From Chrysomallon squamiferum (lineage: Eukaryota > Animalia > Mollusca): DNA of 64,000 bases. The notes beneath the pieces are model-generated. The model had not been told where the DNA came from. It did not search any database and saw only the letters and a program-made list of their open reading frames with translations. Position numbers and translations under genes: made by a program. The stretch spans positions 12,648,001 to 12,712,000 of the forward strand of contig CM022670.1 in the NCBI GenBank assembly GCA_012295275.1, given 5' to 3'. Shown in pieces: positions 1-14,249 of the stretch (its first letter is position 1; each line of letters opens with the position of its first letter).

Positions 1-2301
1 AATAAATCAATTTACTGTCTGTAATATTCCTCACGTCCAAAATTTACAGTTAAGATTATGATCATCGTGACATATTAACAAGAAGAACGAAGCAGACTCT
101 GAACGTAAACTGGTGTCGAGTGTAAACGATATTTCGAAATGGCTATAACAGAAAATACAAAACATCGCGATCTAGTTCAGAAGTTGCTTCTCGAAGAATG
201 GTTCCTTTGATACAGCTGTTACTGTTATTGTCATTTCTTATTAATTTTCCATAAAAATGTTTTCTGAGATCAGTGATCGCGATATACATACACTAAACTA
301 TTAACTAAATAGATAATATGAAGTCACCGGTGTAAACTTCCATATCCTATTAATTTGAGGCTTTTTGTCTGGGATGCATACTGAAACATTTCAAGCTTTA
401 GGCGATCATTTAGGCTTCTATTAACTTTTTTCTTGTTTCTTTTATTTTTCGTTAATTTTAGTTAATCATCTGATCATCACGAAATGATTTGTTGCTTCAA
501 CAGACTGTTAAATAGTCTCGTCAAAATACAAACATCATCAGATAATCCAGATGATACCTCGGCCAGATGATCCTACTTTCCCGTCTTTAATTCAAAAATA
601 CGTCATATTTCTTCAACTTTTCTACGCCTTTCGGGATAAATTTCTTGTTAATTGAAAAGCGAGTCACGATAATTAAGTTGAATACGAGGAGACCTTCTAG
701 TGATTACAGAGAAGCGCCTGTAGAAAATGGACACGTCTGGCCAATTACGGACACACGCTGGACCTCATTAGCACGGAAACTCCAGCTTGTGTCCAGACGT
801 GGGCAACACCAACATCGTCAGACATTTACAGAATTCTCTGATGTTTTCTCAGTTTATTTTTCCTCAGGTAATTATTATAATACGCTGACCTTTGCTGCCT
901 GAACGTTCAGACTTGTTCATCAAGGAGTAGTCAGTCTGTTTACGATCATATATATATATATATATATAGTATTTATGATGTAGTGGTGGTAATTAAATTA
1001 TTTTATTAACGCCTACTCATCTGTATAACTAGAATTTAGTTTTGATTAATGTTGATATTTATAGACTGTTTGCGAGTTGTATATTTATTTTTTTAAGTTA
1101 AACTGTTTAAAATATCTTAGAGAGGTTTAGAGAGCGATAATTAACTACTACTATAATTATTATTAATACCACCACTCTTATTACTACTACTTTTTGAAAT
1201 TATTACTACTACTACTACTATTACCATCATTACTATTATTTCTACTACAACAACAACAAAAACAATGTTTATTACTGCTAATACTATTTCTACTATTGCT
1301 GTCGGTGCAACTCTATTACTAATAATAACAATAAAAAGATGAACAAGAACAAGATCAACAGCAACGATAAAAAAAACAGAAGAAAGAAAAAAAGTTATTT
1401 TGCTAAAACTCTAGTTTATCTTGAAGGCATCAAGTTTACCAGTAAAATAATCAACAACAAAGAAAAAAAAAAGGCAAAATCAGCCACTTTTAAAGATGAC
1501 AACAGAAAAACAATTGCTTCAGAAACATCTGGAAAAAGTAAAACAAGAATTGCAACAACAAAAACTCTTGTATATCTTCTACTTGTTGATGTTGATATTT
1601 CTGATATTTTTGCGTTAATGGTTTTCTTCTTGTTATTCTTTATTTTCTTTTACTTCTTTTCGTTTTTCTGCGTTGTTCTTTTTCTTTTCCTTCAACTTAA
1701 TTGAACTCATAAACAAAAAACTGACCGTATAAAACCAACGACAAAAGCAGGTGATAACAAAAACGGAACGTAAACAATGTAAAATAACACTTGCTCCTAA
1801 GACAATAGAAAAAAATAACTGACAATGTTAAATTCTGTTCGTAAATTTCTCAAAAGAAGAAGAATTGCTTCACCATATCCGTGAAAAAGAACATTATAAG
1901 CAATAACATTTAATCTATCAAATTACATTAATATATCATTTTATCAAGTTCAGTCAGGCTGACTCATTTTGTTGGAGTAGGTAATAACGAAAACAATTTA
2001 AAAAATAGGAAGAAACGGTACAAAGATTTATAATTATTAGATATTGATCTTTCATAAATGTGGGATAGTTGTAAGAAGAAAAATATATTAAAATATTGAG
2101 TATATGATAATAATAAAGAAAAGTAGGCAAAGGAAGCTTTTCTACCATCTGGACTGACGAGATTTGCTAGATTACGGTTGTAGTTGGAGGAATGTAAAGA
2201 CTGATGAATAATGTGAAGAGATTATACACTTGCTTGAGCCGAGCTATCTAAAACACATGTAGAGATCTCTACGGTTCAACAGAGACTGACAGTTTTGTGT
2301 T

Positions 2302-2432
2302 TTAGTGGTAAGCAAACCAGTGTTGTGTATCTGCTAAACTAACACTGATGATAGTCGTTCTAGTGTGACGGAGGAATGGTTTATTAAGGGTCAGAATGAA
2401 AGTAAGAGGAGAGGAAGAGGTTATAGGTAAGT
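2302..2432 (-). CDS. Possible terminal coding exon of the Lustrin-domain gene ((Y)LPITSSSPLTFILTLNKPFLRHTRTTIISVSLADTQHWFAYH*)
   Basis: Good minus-strand acceptor tttttctgttctgttttaatAG (2433-2434) and an open phase-1 frame compatible with the donor at 4843. No recognisable homology, and the true next exon could lie elsewhere or outside the window. Confidence 0.3.
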
Positions 2433-2487
2433 CTATTAAAACAGAACAGAAAAATATATAGCAAAGATTTCTTTTTGTCAGAAACTA

Positions 2488-2813
<326 letters not shown>

Positions 2814-3479
2814 GACAGACAGAGCAGATAGAAGGTAGAAAAAGAGAACAGGCAGGACAAATACAGCTTGTGTAACAGAAAAAAAAAACGACTAACTGAT
2901 CCATCGATAAGTCGATAACTCTGGAGGTTATTCGATCGATTATTTTTAATCTATAGTCATGTCGATTTAATCTATAGTCATGGGGAAGGGAGTAATTGCA
3001 TGAATGACTGAATTAATATAGGAGTAAGTAAGTGATCAACTAATTAGTGAACAAATGACAGCTAATTACAAATACCGTTAACAAGGTGTGTGTATCGAAA
3101 TCTCAAACACACCTTCATTAACTGAGGATCTTCTTATTTTTAACAAAGAACTTTGCCAGATTTACAGCTAAAAACTATTTCTTACAGATCAGTAAGTGAT
3201 CGATTGGTTTGTTTGTGTTATTTTCTCTTTTTTTTTTATCTGAAACTGACAAATGGATTTCCACTCGCTACATATGAACTTTCGATTTGGAGGTAGAGTT
3301 GTGTTCAGTATTTTAGAACAAGGGAGAGGCCACGCAACTCCGAAATGCATAACCGTTAACAAGAAAGAAATATAATTCAAAATAATAATAATAATAATTT
3401 AAAAATAATAATAATAATAAAGAAAATGGGTCTGAATAAAAATAAAAATAATCTTATTGTTTTATTGTTTTTAACTTCA

Positions 3480-3520
<41 letters not shown>

Positions 3521-3527
3521 TGATCAT

Positions 3528-3542
3528 AGCGCCCCCTGTCGT
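3528..3542. promoter_or_regulatory. CTCF-like binding motif AGCGCCCCCTGTCGT
   Basis: Partial match to the CTCF core (GCGCCCCCT), in the same orientation as the 51050 site. Confidence 0.35.
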
Positions 3543-4060
3543 CCACAAATTTTGATCCGAGCCTGCAAAAAAGATGATCTAAAACATCAAGCGATGCCGA
3601 ATTGCATTAAGCGGTCTGTTTAACTTTTGGGCAGTGAGCATAAATATTTTTGATTACGGTACATCTGTTGTTATTAAAGCGTAAAAAAAGATCATTTATC
3701 ACCGCCGTCCAGAAAACTGCTCTGTTGGAATAACAGCTACAACGAATCAATATGCGAAGATTGGCGGCGATCGGAATAATAATAAAAATATATATATATA
3801 AAAAAAAAAAAAAACGTTTGGAACTAAAATAAATTTTAATGGCTTGTTGTATAGAATAGAATAGAATGAAACAAGTTGAAATAAAATTATATAAAACAAA
3901 ATTAAGTTAAATGGATATATATAAATAAAATATGTAAAGTAAGTAACCCTGATAATGTGGGAAATACATGGAAATAATAGATGATCAGAGAAAAGGTGAA
4001 AGTCAAAGAGAAATATGAAAAAAAATGAAGACGAAATAGACTGCTAGACAAAGTTAAGAG

Positions 4061-4281
<221 letters not shown>

Positions 4282-4341
4282 AGGAACAGAGTCGTTGAAA
4301 CCAAATAAAATGGGAACAGAGTCGTTGAAACCAAATAAAAA
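4282..4341. repeat. 30-bp tandem duplication abutting an (AG)n tract
   Basis: GGAACAGAGTCGTTGAAACCAAATAAAA occurs twice. Confidence 0.85.
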
Positions 4342-4684
4342 TAACAGATTTACCACTGCGTAAACAGATCACGCGATTTAAATTGCATTGATTTTTTTTC
4401 CCCCGAAAAGTGCAAAACAACAACACAGCTTTAGATAAAAAGAAAAAAAAAAAAGAAATGCCATAAATATTTTTAATATTTTATTTTCGTTTTTTTATGA
4501 CTTCTCCAGAACAGCAGCACGGAAATAAGATTCTCTGAAAGAAGAGAAAATAAAAATCTATATCAAAAATCTGAATAATACCGAGAATCTGTGTGAGAAG
4601 ATACAAAAGGTTAATGGTCAGTTATTAACTGTTATTTGACCGGCTGAATGTTTATGATGTCTCAGATTTATATATATACATACA

Positions 4685-4753
<69 letters not shown>

Positions 4754-4842
4754 TCTTTCTTCATGTTTTTTTTTCTTTACTTATTTGTTGTTATATTTTA
4801 TATTTGTTGCATGGCAGTTTGCAGTGCGGTGGACATACGTAC

Positions 4843-5005
4843 AGAACAACGGACAGCATACTGCATATCTGTCGGCTGGATCAACTACACAGTGGCTGCC
4901 TAATGGACAGTTGACGTGATGAAGACTTCTACCACAGTTCAGTGTAAGACCGTCTGAACCTACCAGAGGAGAGCCAACCTTGCATGGGTTGAAAGCAACG
5001 TCAGC
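4843..5005 (-). CDS. Coding exon for a Lustrin-type cysteine-rich repeat (Lustrin_cystein/WR1-like): ADVAFNPCKVGSPLVGSDGLTLNCGRSLHHVNCPLGSHCVVDPADRYAVCCPLF
   Basis: Acceptor attcctcctgttacAG|GCT (phase 0), 54 open codons and GC content well above the flanks. The 6-Cys pattern NPC-x-x-G-x-PL...CGR...CP-x-G-x-x-C...D-x-YAVCCP is typical of molluscan Lustrin-like repeats. Donor T|GTACGT (phase 1); an alternative donor AC|GTATGT lies 4 nt further on. Confidence 0.85.
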
Positions 5006-5081
5006 CTGTAACAGGAGGAATAGTTTTTACGTGAATAAAATGTGTTTGTTCTGTTGTGTTTCTGTTATCTTCTAAATAGCT

Positions 5082-5217
<136 letters not shown>

Positions 5218-5357
5218 TTCAAGTCGAACGATATTTATTTATACGGTGTGCAATTCCTAAGCCTGTCTGTATATCTGTCTGCCTGTCTGCATGTCTGTCT
5301 GCCTTTTCTGTATGACATAATTTATAACTAGCTGCATTTCTCTCAGACATTTTAAGT

Positions 5358-6171
5358 AGTCCAATGTACAAATCTGTCTATCAGTCTGACTACATAGTCC
5401 AGTATACATATCTGTCTATCAGTCTGACTAAATAGTCCAATGTACGTATCTGTCTATCAGTCTGACTAAGCAGTCCAATGTACAAATCTGTCTATCAGTC
5501 TGACTAAATAGTCCAATATACATATCTGTCTATCAGTCTGACTAAATAGTCCAATGTACAAATCTGTCTATCAGTCTGACTAAATAGTCCAATATACATA
5601 TCTGTCTATCAGTGTGACTAAGCAGTCCAGTGTACAAATCTGTCTCTCAGTCTGACTAAGCTGTCCAATGTACATATCTGTCTATCAGTGTGACTAAGCA
5701 GTCCAGTGTACAAATCTGTCTCTCAGTCTGACTAAGCTGTCCAATGTACAAATCTGTCTCTCAGTCTGACTAAGCTGCCCAATGTACAAATCTGTCTAAC
5801 AGTCTGACTAAGCAGTGCAGTGTACAAATCTGTCTCTCAGTCTGACTAAGCTGTCCAATGTACAAATCTGTCTAACAGTCTGACTAAGCAGTGCAGTGTA
5901 CATATCTGTCTATCAGTCTGACTAAGCAGTCCAGTGTAGATATCTGTCTATCAGTCTGACTAAGCAGTCCAGTGTACATATCTGTCTATCAGTCTGACTA
6001 AGCAGTACAGTGTACTTATATTTGTCTATCAGTCTGACTAAGCAGTCCAGTGTTATTATATTTGTCTACCAGTCTGACTAAGCAGTCCAGTGTACAGATC
6101 TGTCTACAAGTCTGATTAAATAGTCAATTGTATAAATCTGGCTGTCAATGTGACTAAGCAGTCCAGTGTAC
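5358..6171. repeat. 38-bp minisatellite, about 21 copies (consensus AGTCCA[A/G]TGTACA[A/T]ATCTGTCTATCAGTCTGACTAAGC)
   Basis: Units start at 5358, 5396 and onward at 38-bp spacing, degenerating at the right end. The array lies in the intron between the signal-peptide and Lustrin exons. Confidence 0.95.
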
Positions 6172-7200
6172 GAAATGAACAGAATTAACTTTTTATAAAA
6201 TGACGCCTGATCTGAGTGTTCCGTGAAATGAACTACAAGACAAAATATTGTATTAAAATAGTGTACGTTATCCGAGTTTAATTAGTATCGGAATAACCAA
6301 TACTGCCTATCAGGTTTTAACCCATACTGGGATTAGTTCACCTAACCCATCAACCTTGATTCGGAAAAGAAATAATAAAACCACTATTCACACCGTACCT
6401 GCGGGACTTTCGCATCCTCAGACCAATATGATACACAGTAATTTTCCTCACAGACTGTGAAGCAATTTTTTATTTGTCATTCGTACGTGACTGGGTTAAT
6501 TTATTTATTATTAAGACGGCGGACAGGAGAAAATAATCTGGTGTGGTGGAAAACCGTTCACGACCACAAAGTCCCAAGACGTACGGTGTCGTCTAAATCA
6601 AGTGAAATAAATGTACGGAAAGTTTCTCACAGGCCTTAGTATCAGACTTACAAATGAATGAATGAATGAACAGTATTTTAATCAGATGCATTGTAACTGA
6701 TATAAGATAAATGCATCTGAATGTGTGTTTTTTTTTTTTTTTTATACATGAATATTCGTTTAACATCTCATCAAATTTTAAATTAACAGCCACATACATA
6801 ATGGAAATATGAAAACTGTCCGTTGCAAGGCTGGAAAATGAATATATGAATAAACTAATAAACGAAGAGCAGATCTATATACATTTAGACTGAAAAGAGA
6901 GATATAAACAAAACAAATAAACAATTGACAAAGACACGTAACGGGCCCATAATAATAAAAATGGTTATTATTTCCAGATCACTGTGTAATTTCTATTAAT
7001 GCTGCCTCTGTTGGCTAAGTAACACACACTGAGTTTTCTGATTGTCTGATGCACATTACCAGACACAGTAATATAACAGACATACGGCATTTATCAATAT
7101 ATGGTTATATTTTCAGAAACGTATCATATTTACGCTGAACTCAGGAGCGGTTCATGATGAAGTAGTGTTTGGGTAGATTTCGATACCCAGATAAATTCAT

Positions 7201-7310
<110 letters not shown>

Positions 7311-7783
7311 TGAAGCACATATCTACTGCCTAATTTCTTAATAGCACTATATCCATAACGAAAACACACATTGTAATAATAATAATAATACAGTTCTGCT
7401 ATTGCTGATATAATTTTATATATTTACTGCATTCGATATAATTGTATTTCCCCAGATATATTTTGTTATGGCTTATTTCGCAATCCCAGAACGACGTCTG
7501 AAAATTCAATCTATGTTGTTATTGAATAAATAATTAACTTGCTATAAACGGATTCGGAATACTAACGAACTCGGGCTGACTTGTCTTTGTGGACTGACAT
7601 GAAAAATCAGTTGAGTACACGTAAATATTGTTTATTACCCCAGGGATCGATTGAGGCTTCCCGATAATTTACATCATAGGGTTAAAGTCACTGCTTAGTG
7701 CATGACTTTTTATTTTATTTTTAAATCGTGATCTAACGGTAGATAGCTGTCTGGTGATAAATAACAGTTATTTTCTTTCTCTC

Positions 7784-7837
<54 letters not shown>

Positions 7838-9839
7838 GTTGTTGCTGTTGTTGTTGTTGTTGTTGTTGATGCTGTTGCTGTTTTTGTTGTTGTCGACTTT
7901 TCTTAAATTTATTGCTGTTGTTTGTGGACTTTTTTTTTTCTTTTTTTTAATTTGTTTTGCTAATGCGATCGTCGTCGTTTTCGTTTTAATTTCATAAATT
8001 TATTATACACTTATTCTAATCATCCTTATGATTATCATCAACATTCTCGTCATCATTACCTCTAGTACATCATTTCATCTGCTGACACCAAAACAACAGT
8101 TACTGTTATACAACTACAACCACTGTAACTACTACTACTGTGGAAATGGTCTACGCCATTTACTACAAAAATTTCTACTATCACTATCACTATCACTATA
8201 TTATTATACAGTGTTGTAACTATAAAATCAGCTATATGTATGAAATCTTTGCTCGTTTCATAACTCTACGTTCATCAAGGGCAAAAATAACTGACGTATG
8301 CTAAACGAAAACCTTGTTACTGAACTTAGTACCAAGACTTCTATTTTGATCACAATAAGTATAACGAAATAACCACAAGAACATTTAAACCCTTAAGCGA
8401 AATCAGATTTCCGTTACGTTGTCAATTACCGTGTAATCTATTTCTGAAAACACGTGGACGGAATTACGTCGGAAATTAACCAATCAGATGGAACGTAAGC
8501 AACGGCATTTGACATTCAGTTAATACTCGATAAACTCAGATTACTCAAAGACAGACGGAAAAGATATACGACACAGATTGAGCAGTTTAACGGATAATTT
8601 GAGTTATAGCTAGTTAATTTAATTTCTCGTGATAAAGCGTTTTTCTTCTTCTTCTTCTTCTTCTTCGCTTCTTTTCTTTTCTTTTGTGAATTGAAATTGC
8701 CGAGTATCAGAAAAAAGCTGGAACAGAATATTAAGGACGCATGTAGCATATGCGTGTATGACAGTTTCAGTGTGTGCATTTGATAATAAATAAGTGTGTG
8801 TAAATTTATAATTACGTATATTTATCGTTTTCTTTATCTTGAGACTGCCCATTATGATTTACTTTCTTCTCGCTTTTAGCAAGCGTGGATGTCGATTTTT
8901 TCAAACACATTTTATCTCTCAGACTCGGTAATCAGTTTAGAGTTACCTAACAAGAAAATGGGTGCAAACTGAGTACATAATTAAGTAACTGCGTTCACTA
9001 CTTCGCCAGTTCTGTTCCTGTCAAGTCTGGTGGTGACAGCAATAAGAACGAATGAGAAATTTCTCAAATCGATAACACATTTTAAATCTCGCTCTGATAT
9101 CAAACGTGCCCGTAGCCGTGCAGTTAAGATTATGTCACCGTCTTCATAGTACGTCATCATTTTACGTTTGCATCGTAAAATAAAATACCTGTGTCAGTTA
9201 CTGCTAACTCGCTAACATTCTAACATGCTACTCATCTTTCTTATGTACTAATATACTAATTGTATTATTGTCGCATTTAAAAGAGAAAAGAGAGACTCCT
9301 TTTTTCCTAACTGGGTTTTTCTATGTCTCTGTTTTTTTTAAATTTTGATTCTCAACTTTAGTTTCTCTTTGTTTCTGCCTCTGGATCTATCTAGTCCCGC
9401 TTCTGAACCATCCTCTATAATAAGCAATAGCCATAAAAACGCTAAAAACTATAAAACAGTATTGGCTATTCTGGTATAAAAATACCATTGTTATGTGAAG
9501 ATACTGTTTGTCTGTTTTTCTCTGCTAGATATTGTTAATTCTGCTGAACAATGGCAGATCAATAAGACTGCAGCTTCAGTGCTGATCAGAAAAAGGCATC
9601 GCTTTGAATCATACTTGACGGCTTTCAAGATGACAATCGCATATTTAGATTTACGAATTAATAAACTTCGTGGACATATACTTGATACGCTGATTGATAA
9701 CCGCGATTCTCTACAGTACATGTACACTTACTTCTGCTTGAAATAGAGATGTGTGTCGAGAGAATGTTAGAGAAAGATGAAAAGAAAATATACAAGCGAA
9801 GACAAACAAATACACATACAAATGAGAGATAGAGATAGA

Positions 9840-9879
9840 TAAAAGAAGAGAGTGATGGATATATACATACATTATATAG

Positions 9880-9928
<49 letters not shown>

Positions 9929-9939
9929 GAGAGATAGAA

Positions 9940-10037
<98 letters not shown>
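9840..10037 (+). repeat. Dispersed composite-microsatellite cassette, copy 1 (partner at 34998-35187)
   Basis: Head TAAAAGAAGAGAGTGATGGATATATACATACATTATATAGATAC followed by (AT)n-(AC)n-AGAGAGATA.AAAT-(AG)n, repeated at 34998. Confidence 0.85.
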
Positions 10038-10038
<1 letters not shown>

Positions 10039-10996
10039 ACTTATAAAAAAGAAGAAAAATAATTACTACTATTACGGAAAACAAAATTATCTCAGTATAT
10101 GAGGTCGCAATTATATATAGATGTTGGAAAAGGTATATATACATCTGCGAGTGTTTTTGTCTATTCTGTTCTGTTTCTGTTGAAAAAAAAAAAAAGTCAG
10201 AAATTCCAGCACGGAGTTGTAAGATATACTATGACACCACCACAGCTGTAGAATTCACACAAAAACTAGGTATGTGAAACATAATCAATCGTAACTTTGT
10301 CTGTTTGTGTCATTGCCGAGTTACCGATTTCTGTTCACATCGAGAGAGTCAGGGTCAGAAGAAAAAGATCGTAAACGAGAATGCGATGTGTATTGTTACA
10401 CAGAGGGAACAGAGGAACTGAAAGAGAAGCAGGAGAAGTTGAAAACATAAAGAGTAACAGAGATTAATTAATGAGTGAAAAGAGAGCCAGGGTGAGTGAC
10501 ATGTGAGTGAGTGAGTCAACGTGTAAGTGAGTGAATGACTGAGTGAAGAGAGACGGAAGGAATGCTGAAAGAAAAAGCGACAAAGAAAAATTAAAATCAG
10601 AAAGAAAAAATAGAGGTCAGATAAAAAAATAAATGCCGATGATAACACAAGATTCTATAACTGTACTTATATCCAGTTGAGACAAGAAGAGCTAACAAAG
10701 ATTTACAAAATACTGATAAATAAAAAAAAAATTCGAAGAAAAAATAACGTAAATAGCGAAGATATATAACCTGACACGTGTATTTATAAAAAGAAAACGA
10801 AACATTAAAAGGTACAAGATAGTGGTAAATCTAAGATTATGCATATCTACATAAACAAACATTATACATCAACAAGGATTTGCCAGCAGATAAGTAACGA
10901 ACGTCATTTCGGTATAAATATTGTTTAACATGAAAGAAATCTGCCCTCTTGGAATATCTTTTCTTTCTGCAAACATGTACACACATTTATCATTAC

Positions 10997-11065
10997 CTGA
11001 ACGCTGCTGATAACGACACAGATACTTAGCAGAAGGAGACGAAGAGAAGGCAGTTGTGATTCCAT
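10997..11065 (-). CDS. First coding exon (signal peptide MESQLPSLRLLLLSICVVISSVQ) of a secreted Lustrin/WR1 cysteine-rich protein; whole exon including 5'UTR is 10997-11133
   Basis: Minus strand shows a pyrimidine-rich acceptor tttttctttttgtcccaacAG (11134-11135), 68 nt of UTR, aaacATGG in good Kozak context, 23 codons with a hydrophobic core (LLLLSICVVI), and a phase-0 donor CAG|GTAATG. The phase matches the exon at 5005, giving a plausible V-Q-A cleavage site. Confidence 0.8.
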
Positions 11066-11298
11066 GTTTTCAAACCCAGTTTTCTTGAAATGTTGGTTGA
11101 TATAAAAGGTAAAGCGATCGACCTGGACGAGGTCTGTTGGGACAAAAAGAAAAACGAAAAACGAGATAAGACAGTTCACGATCGTGACTTCTGGCCTTGT
11201 AGCATTGAGTGAGTTGATGTTTGTTAAACAACACCTTGATATCCTGACACATTTTTCAGTATCAGTGCGTTACGAGTCTAACATATGTCTTCTTCTGC

Positions 11299-11605
<307 letters not shown>

Positions 11606-12291
11606 TTTATTTTTTTTCAGATAACATGAGAAAACCATAATGTTCTCTCAATTAGGAATGATGAGTTTTTCACTCACAGCAAAATGTATCTTCTAACCCA
11701 TCAAACCTCACTCGATCATACTAACCAGCAAGCTTCTGAAACCAGAAACGTATCCCAGACCTTCCAGAAGAGAACGAATTTCAGTGCTTTGGTAAAAGAG
11801 GCTGTAAAGCTAACCTCTTATTACAATCCTTTGGGATTTATTTATATTTCGTTAATCATATGCGATATTTCAAATGAGAGAGAGAGAGAGAGACATGTTT
11901 TCCTTTTATGCTGTCAACGCCTGTTAATCTTGTATGTAATGAAAACGTTCATTTAATCAACTGGGAAGCAACCCAGTTTTTTGTCGCATTTTACTCTTAT
12001 ATATTAATCACAGCACAGTGATTCTAATAACACCATTTATATAAGCTATTTGATATTCGGTTTAGGATTTGAATACATCAACCATAATCATCTGAAGATA
12101 AGATTTAAACTTTTCCGACAAACAGCTTCTTAACGAGAAGAATATGGTTACGAAATTAACCTTCTTATGAAAAATTACATTTAAAAGATTTAGCTAGAGA
12201 GAATATGAACTAATGTCGATTATCCAGACATTAGTATTAGTGTATTATTTTTATTCTGTATTTTTGACAGAGAGAGACACACAGAGAGAGA

Positions 12292-12380
<89 letters not shown>

Positions 12381-13065
12381 TAACGAATGAAATTCACATT
12401 TTAAATATCTCTGCGGTGAGAGGGAAACAAAATAAATATGAAGTTCTAAAATAAAAAGTAAAATTTTACAAGAATTACGGTAGTGTGCAAGAAGTTAAAA
12501 AAAACAAAATAGAACAAAAGAAACACGGAAAGCTTAAAGCTCTGTTTAAATAATACATAGCTGTGGATAAAACAATCATATGACACTAATTCTTTTGACA
12601 GCCAGCTCTTTAAGGCATTAAGTGATTTACATTTCTAAGCCGTATTTAATAAATTCTTGCCTCTGTTTTAATTAAATCTGAAAAAAAAAAAAAAAAGAAA
12701 AAAAAGAAATAGGCCTGGTTATAATTAACACACAATGTCATAACGATCTTTGAAAACTGCATACCTACGGGTAAGCGAGAAAAACAATACCATGTTTAAG
12801 TTGTAATCTTGTTTATGTCTACAGTCTAGTTGTTGACAGTGTAATAACAAAACACGTATACAGAAATCTGCGGAGATTACAGTTTTCTACTTTACTTTAC
12901 GAGAATTTGAATAATGACACATATATACTGACACTACAGTGTTTCGGATGGTTTTCTTGCTAAAGGTGTACATGGGAAAGAGAGAATAAATATTATATAC
13001 TGGAGTTATATATCAGCCTTTTCAATTTTTTAAATTTTTATTTATTTATTTGTTGTTGTTGTTTC

Positions 13066-13122
<57 letters not shown>

Positions 13123-14099
13123 AATAAATAAATAAATAAAAACAAATCAATAAATAAAAAGGGCAATGGCTATTATTAACTGTCATTGGCCACCGAGGAC
13201 AAACAATGAATTATTGAATTCTAAACACCATCTCAGCATGAAAAATGCATCGATTAAAATGAATACATGAATTTTTAAGAACACATCAATCATTATGCTA
13301 ATGACGATGGCCAGAGTCAGAGAGATGAATAGAGAAAGATTTAGACAAATAAAGTGAGAGAGGGATAGTTAAATGCATAAATGCATAAATAAATAAATAA
13401 AATTAATACACCACCATATTTATATATACAAACACACAAGTATTTCAACCGTTTGTTCGCTGCATAAAAAGTGTGTCTCTCTTTCTCGTTGATGTGAAAT
13501 GATCTACAACAACTGAGTTCAAACGGAGTAACTTTTGAGATGCACAGCAGTTCCCACGGCTGCAATTTCCTCAAATTTAATGTTTGACTCGGAAAGAAAA
13601 ACGTGACAACTCATTAAAAGATAAGATTATATGTTTTCTATCTGAATTTATTGCATAAAAATAAGGCATATTTTGAAAAAACAAACAAATATATATATAT
13701 ATATATAAATATGAGTCTGACTGTATATATATCCATATGTATGTATGTTTGTATATGCCTGTGTGTGTGTGTGTGTAAATTATTTTATAATTTATCATCG
13801 CATAGTAATATTAAAAAATATATTAATCTAAGATTATTATTTTAAAACAATTACTTTTTAATAACCTACAATATTTTTAATATTAAATTTTGATGTAAAA
13901 ACCGTACTTTCAGAAAACAAATTTATTTATTTATTTATTTGTTTGTTTGTTTATTTCCATTGATTACTTTTTTGTTGTTGTTGCTATCCTTTGAATTTAT
14001 AATGTACTGTATAATAATTATATTGTTTAGGTTTAATTTCTTACAATACGAACAAAAAACAAAAATAATAAAGAACTAAAACGCGAAGAAAGAAACAGA

Positions 14100-14249
<150 letters not shown>

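Noticed and set aside
4648-4914. Plus-strand 88-aa ORF overlapping the Lustrin exon
   Set aside because: It starts in a microsatellite and is the antisense shadow of the real minus-strand exon.
5358-6171. 38-bp array as a CRISPR locus
   Set aside because: The repeats are head-to-tail with no unique spacers, there are no cas genes, and the context is a eukaryotic intron.
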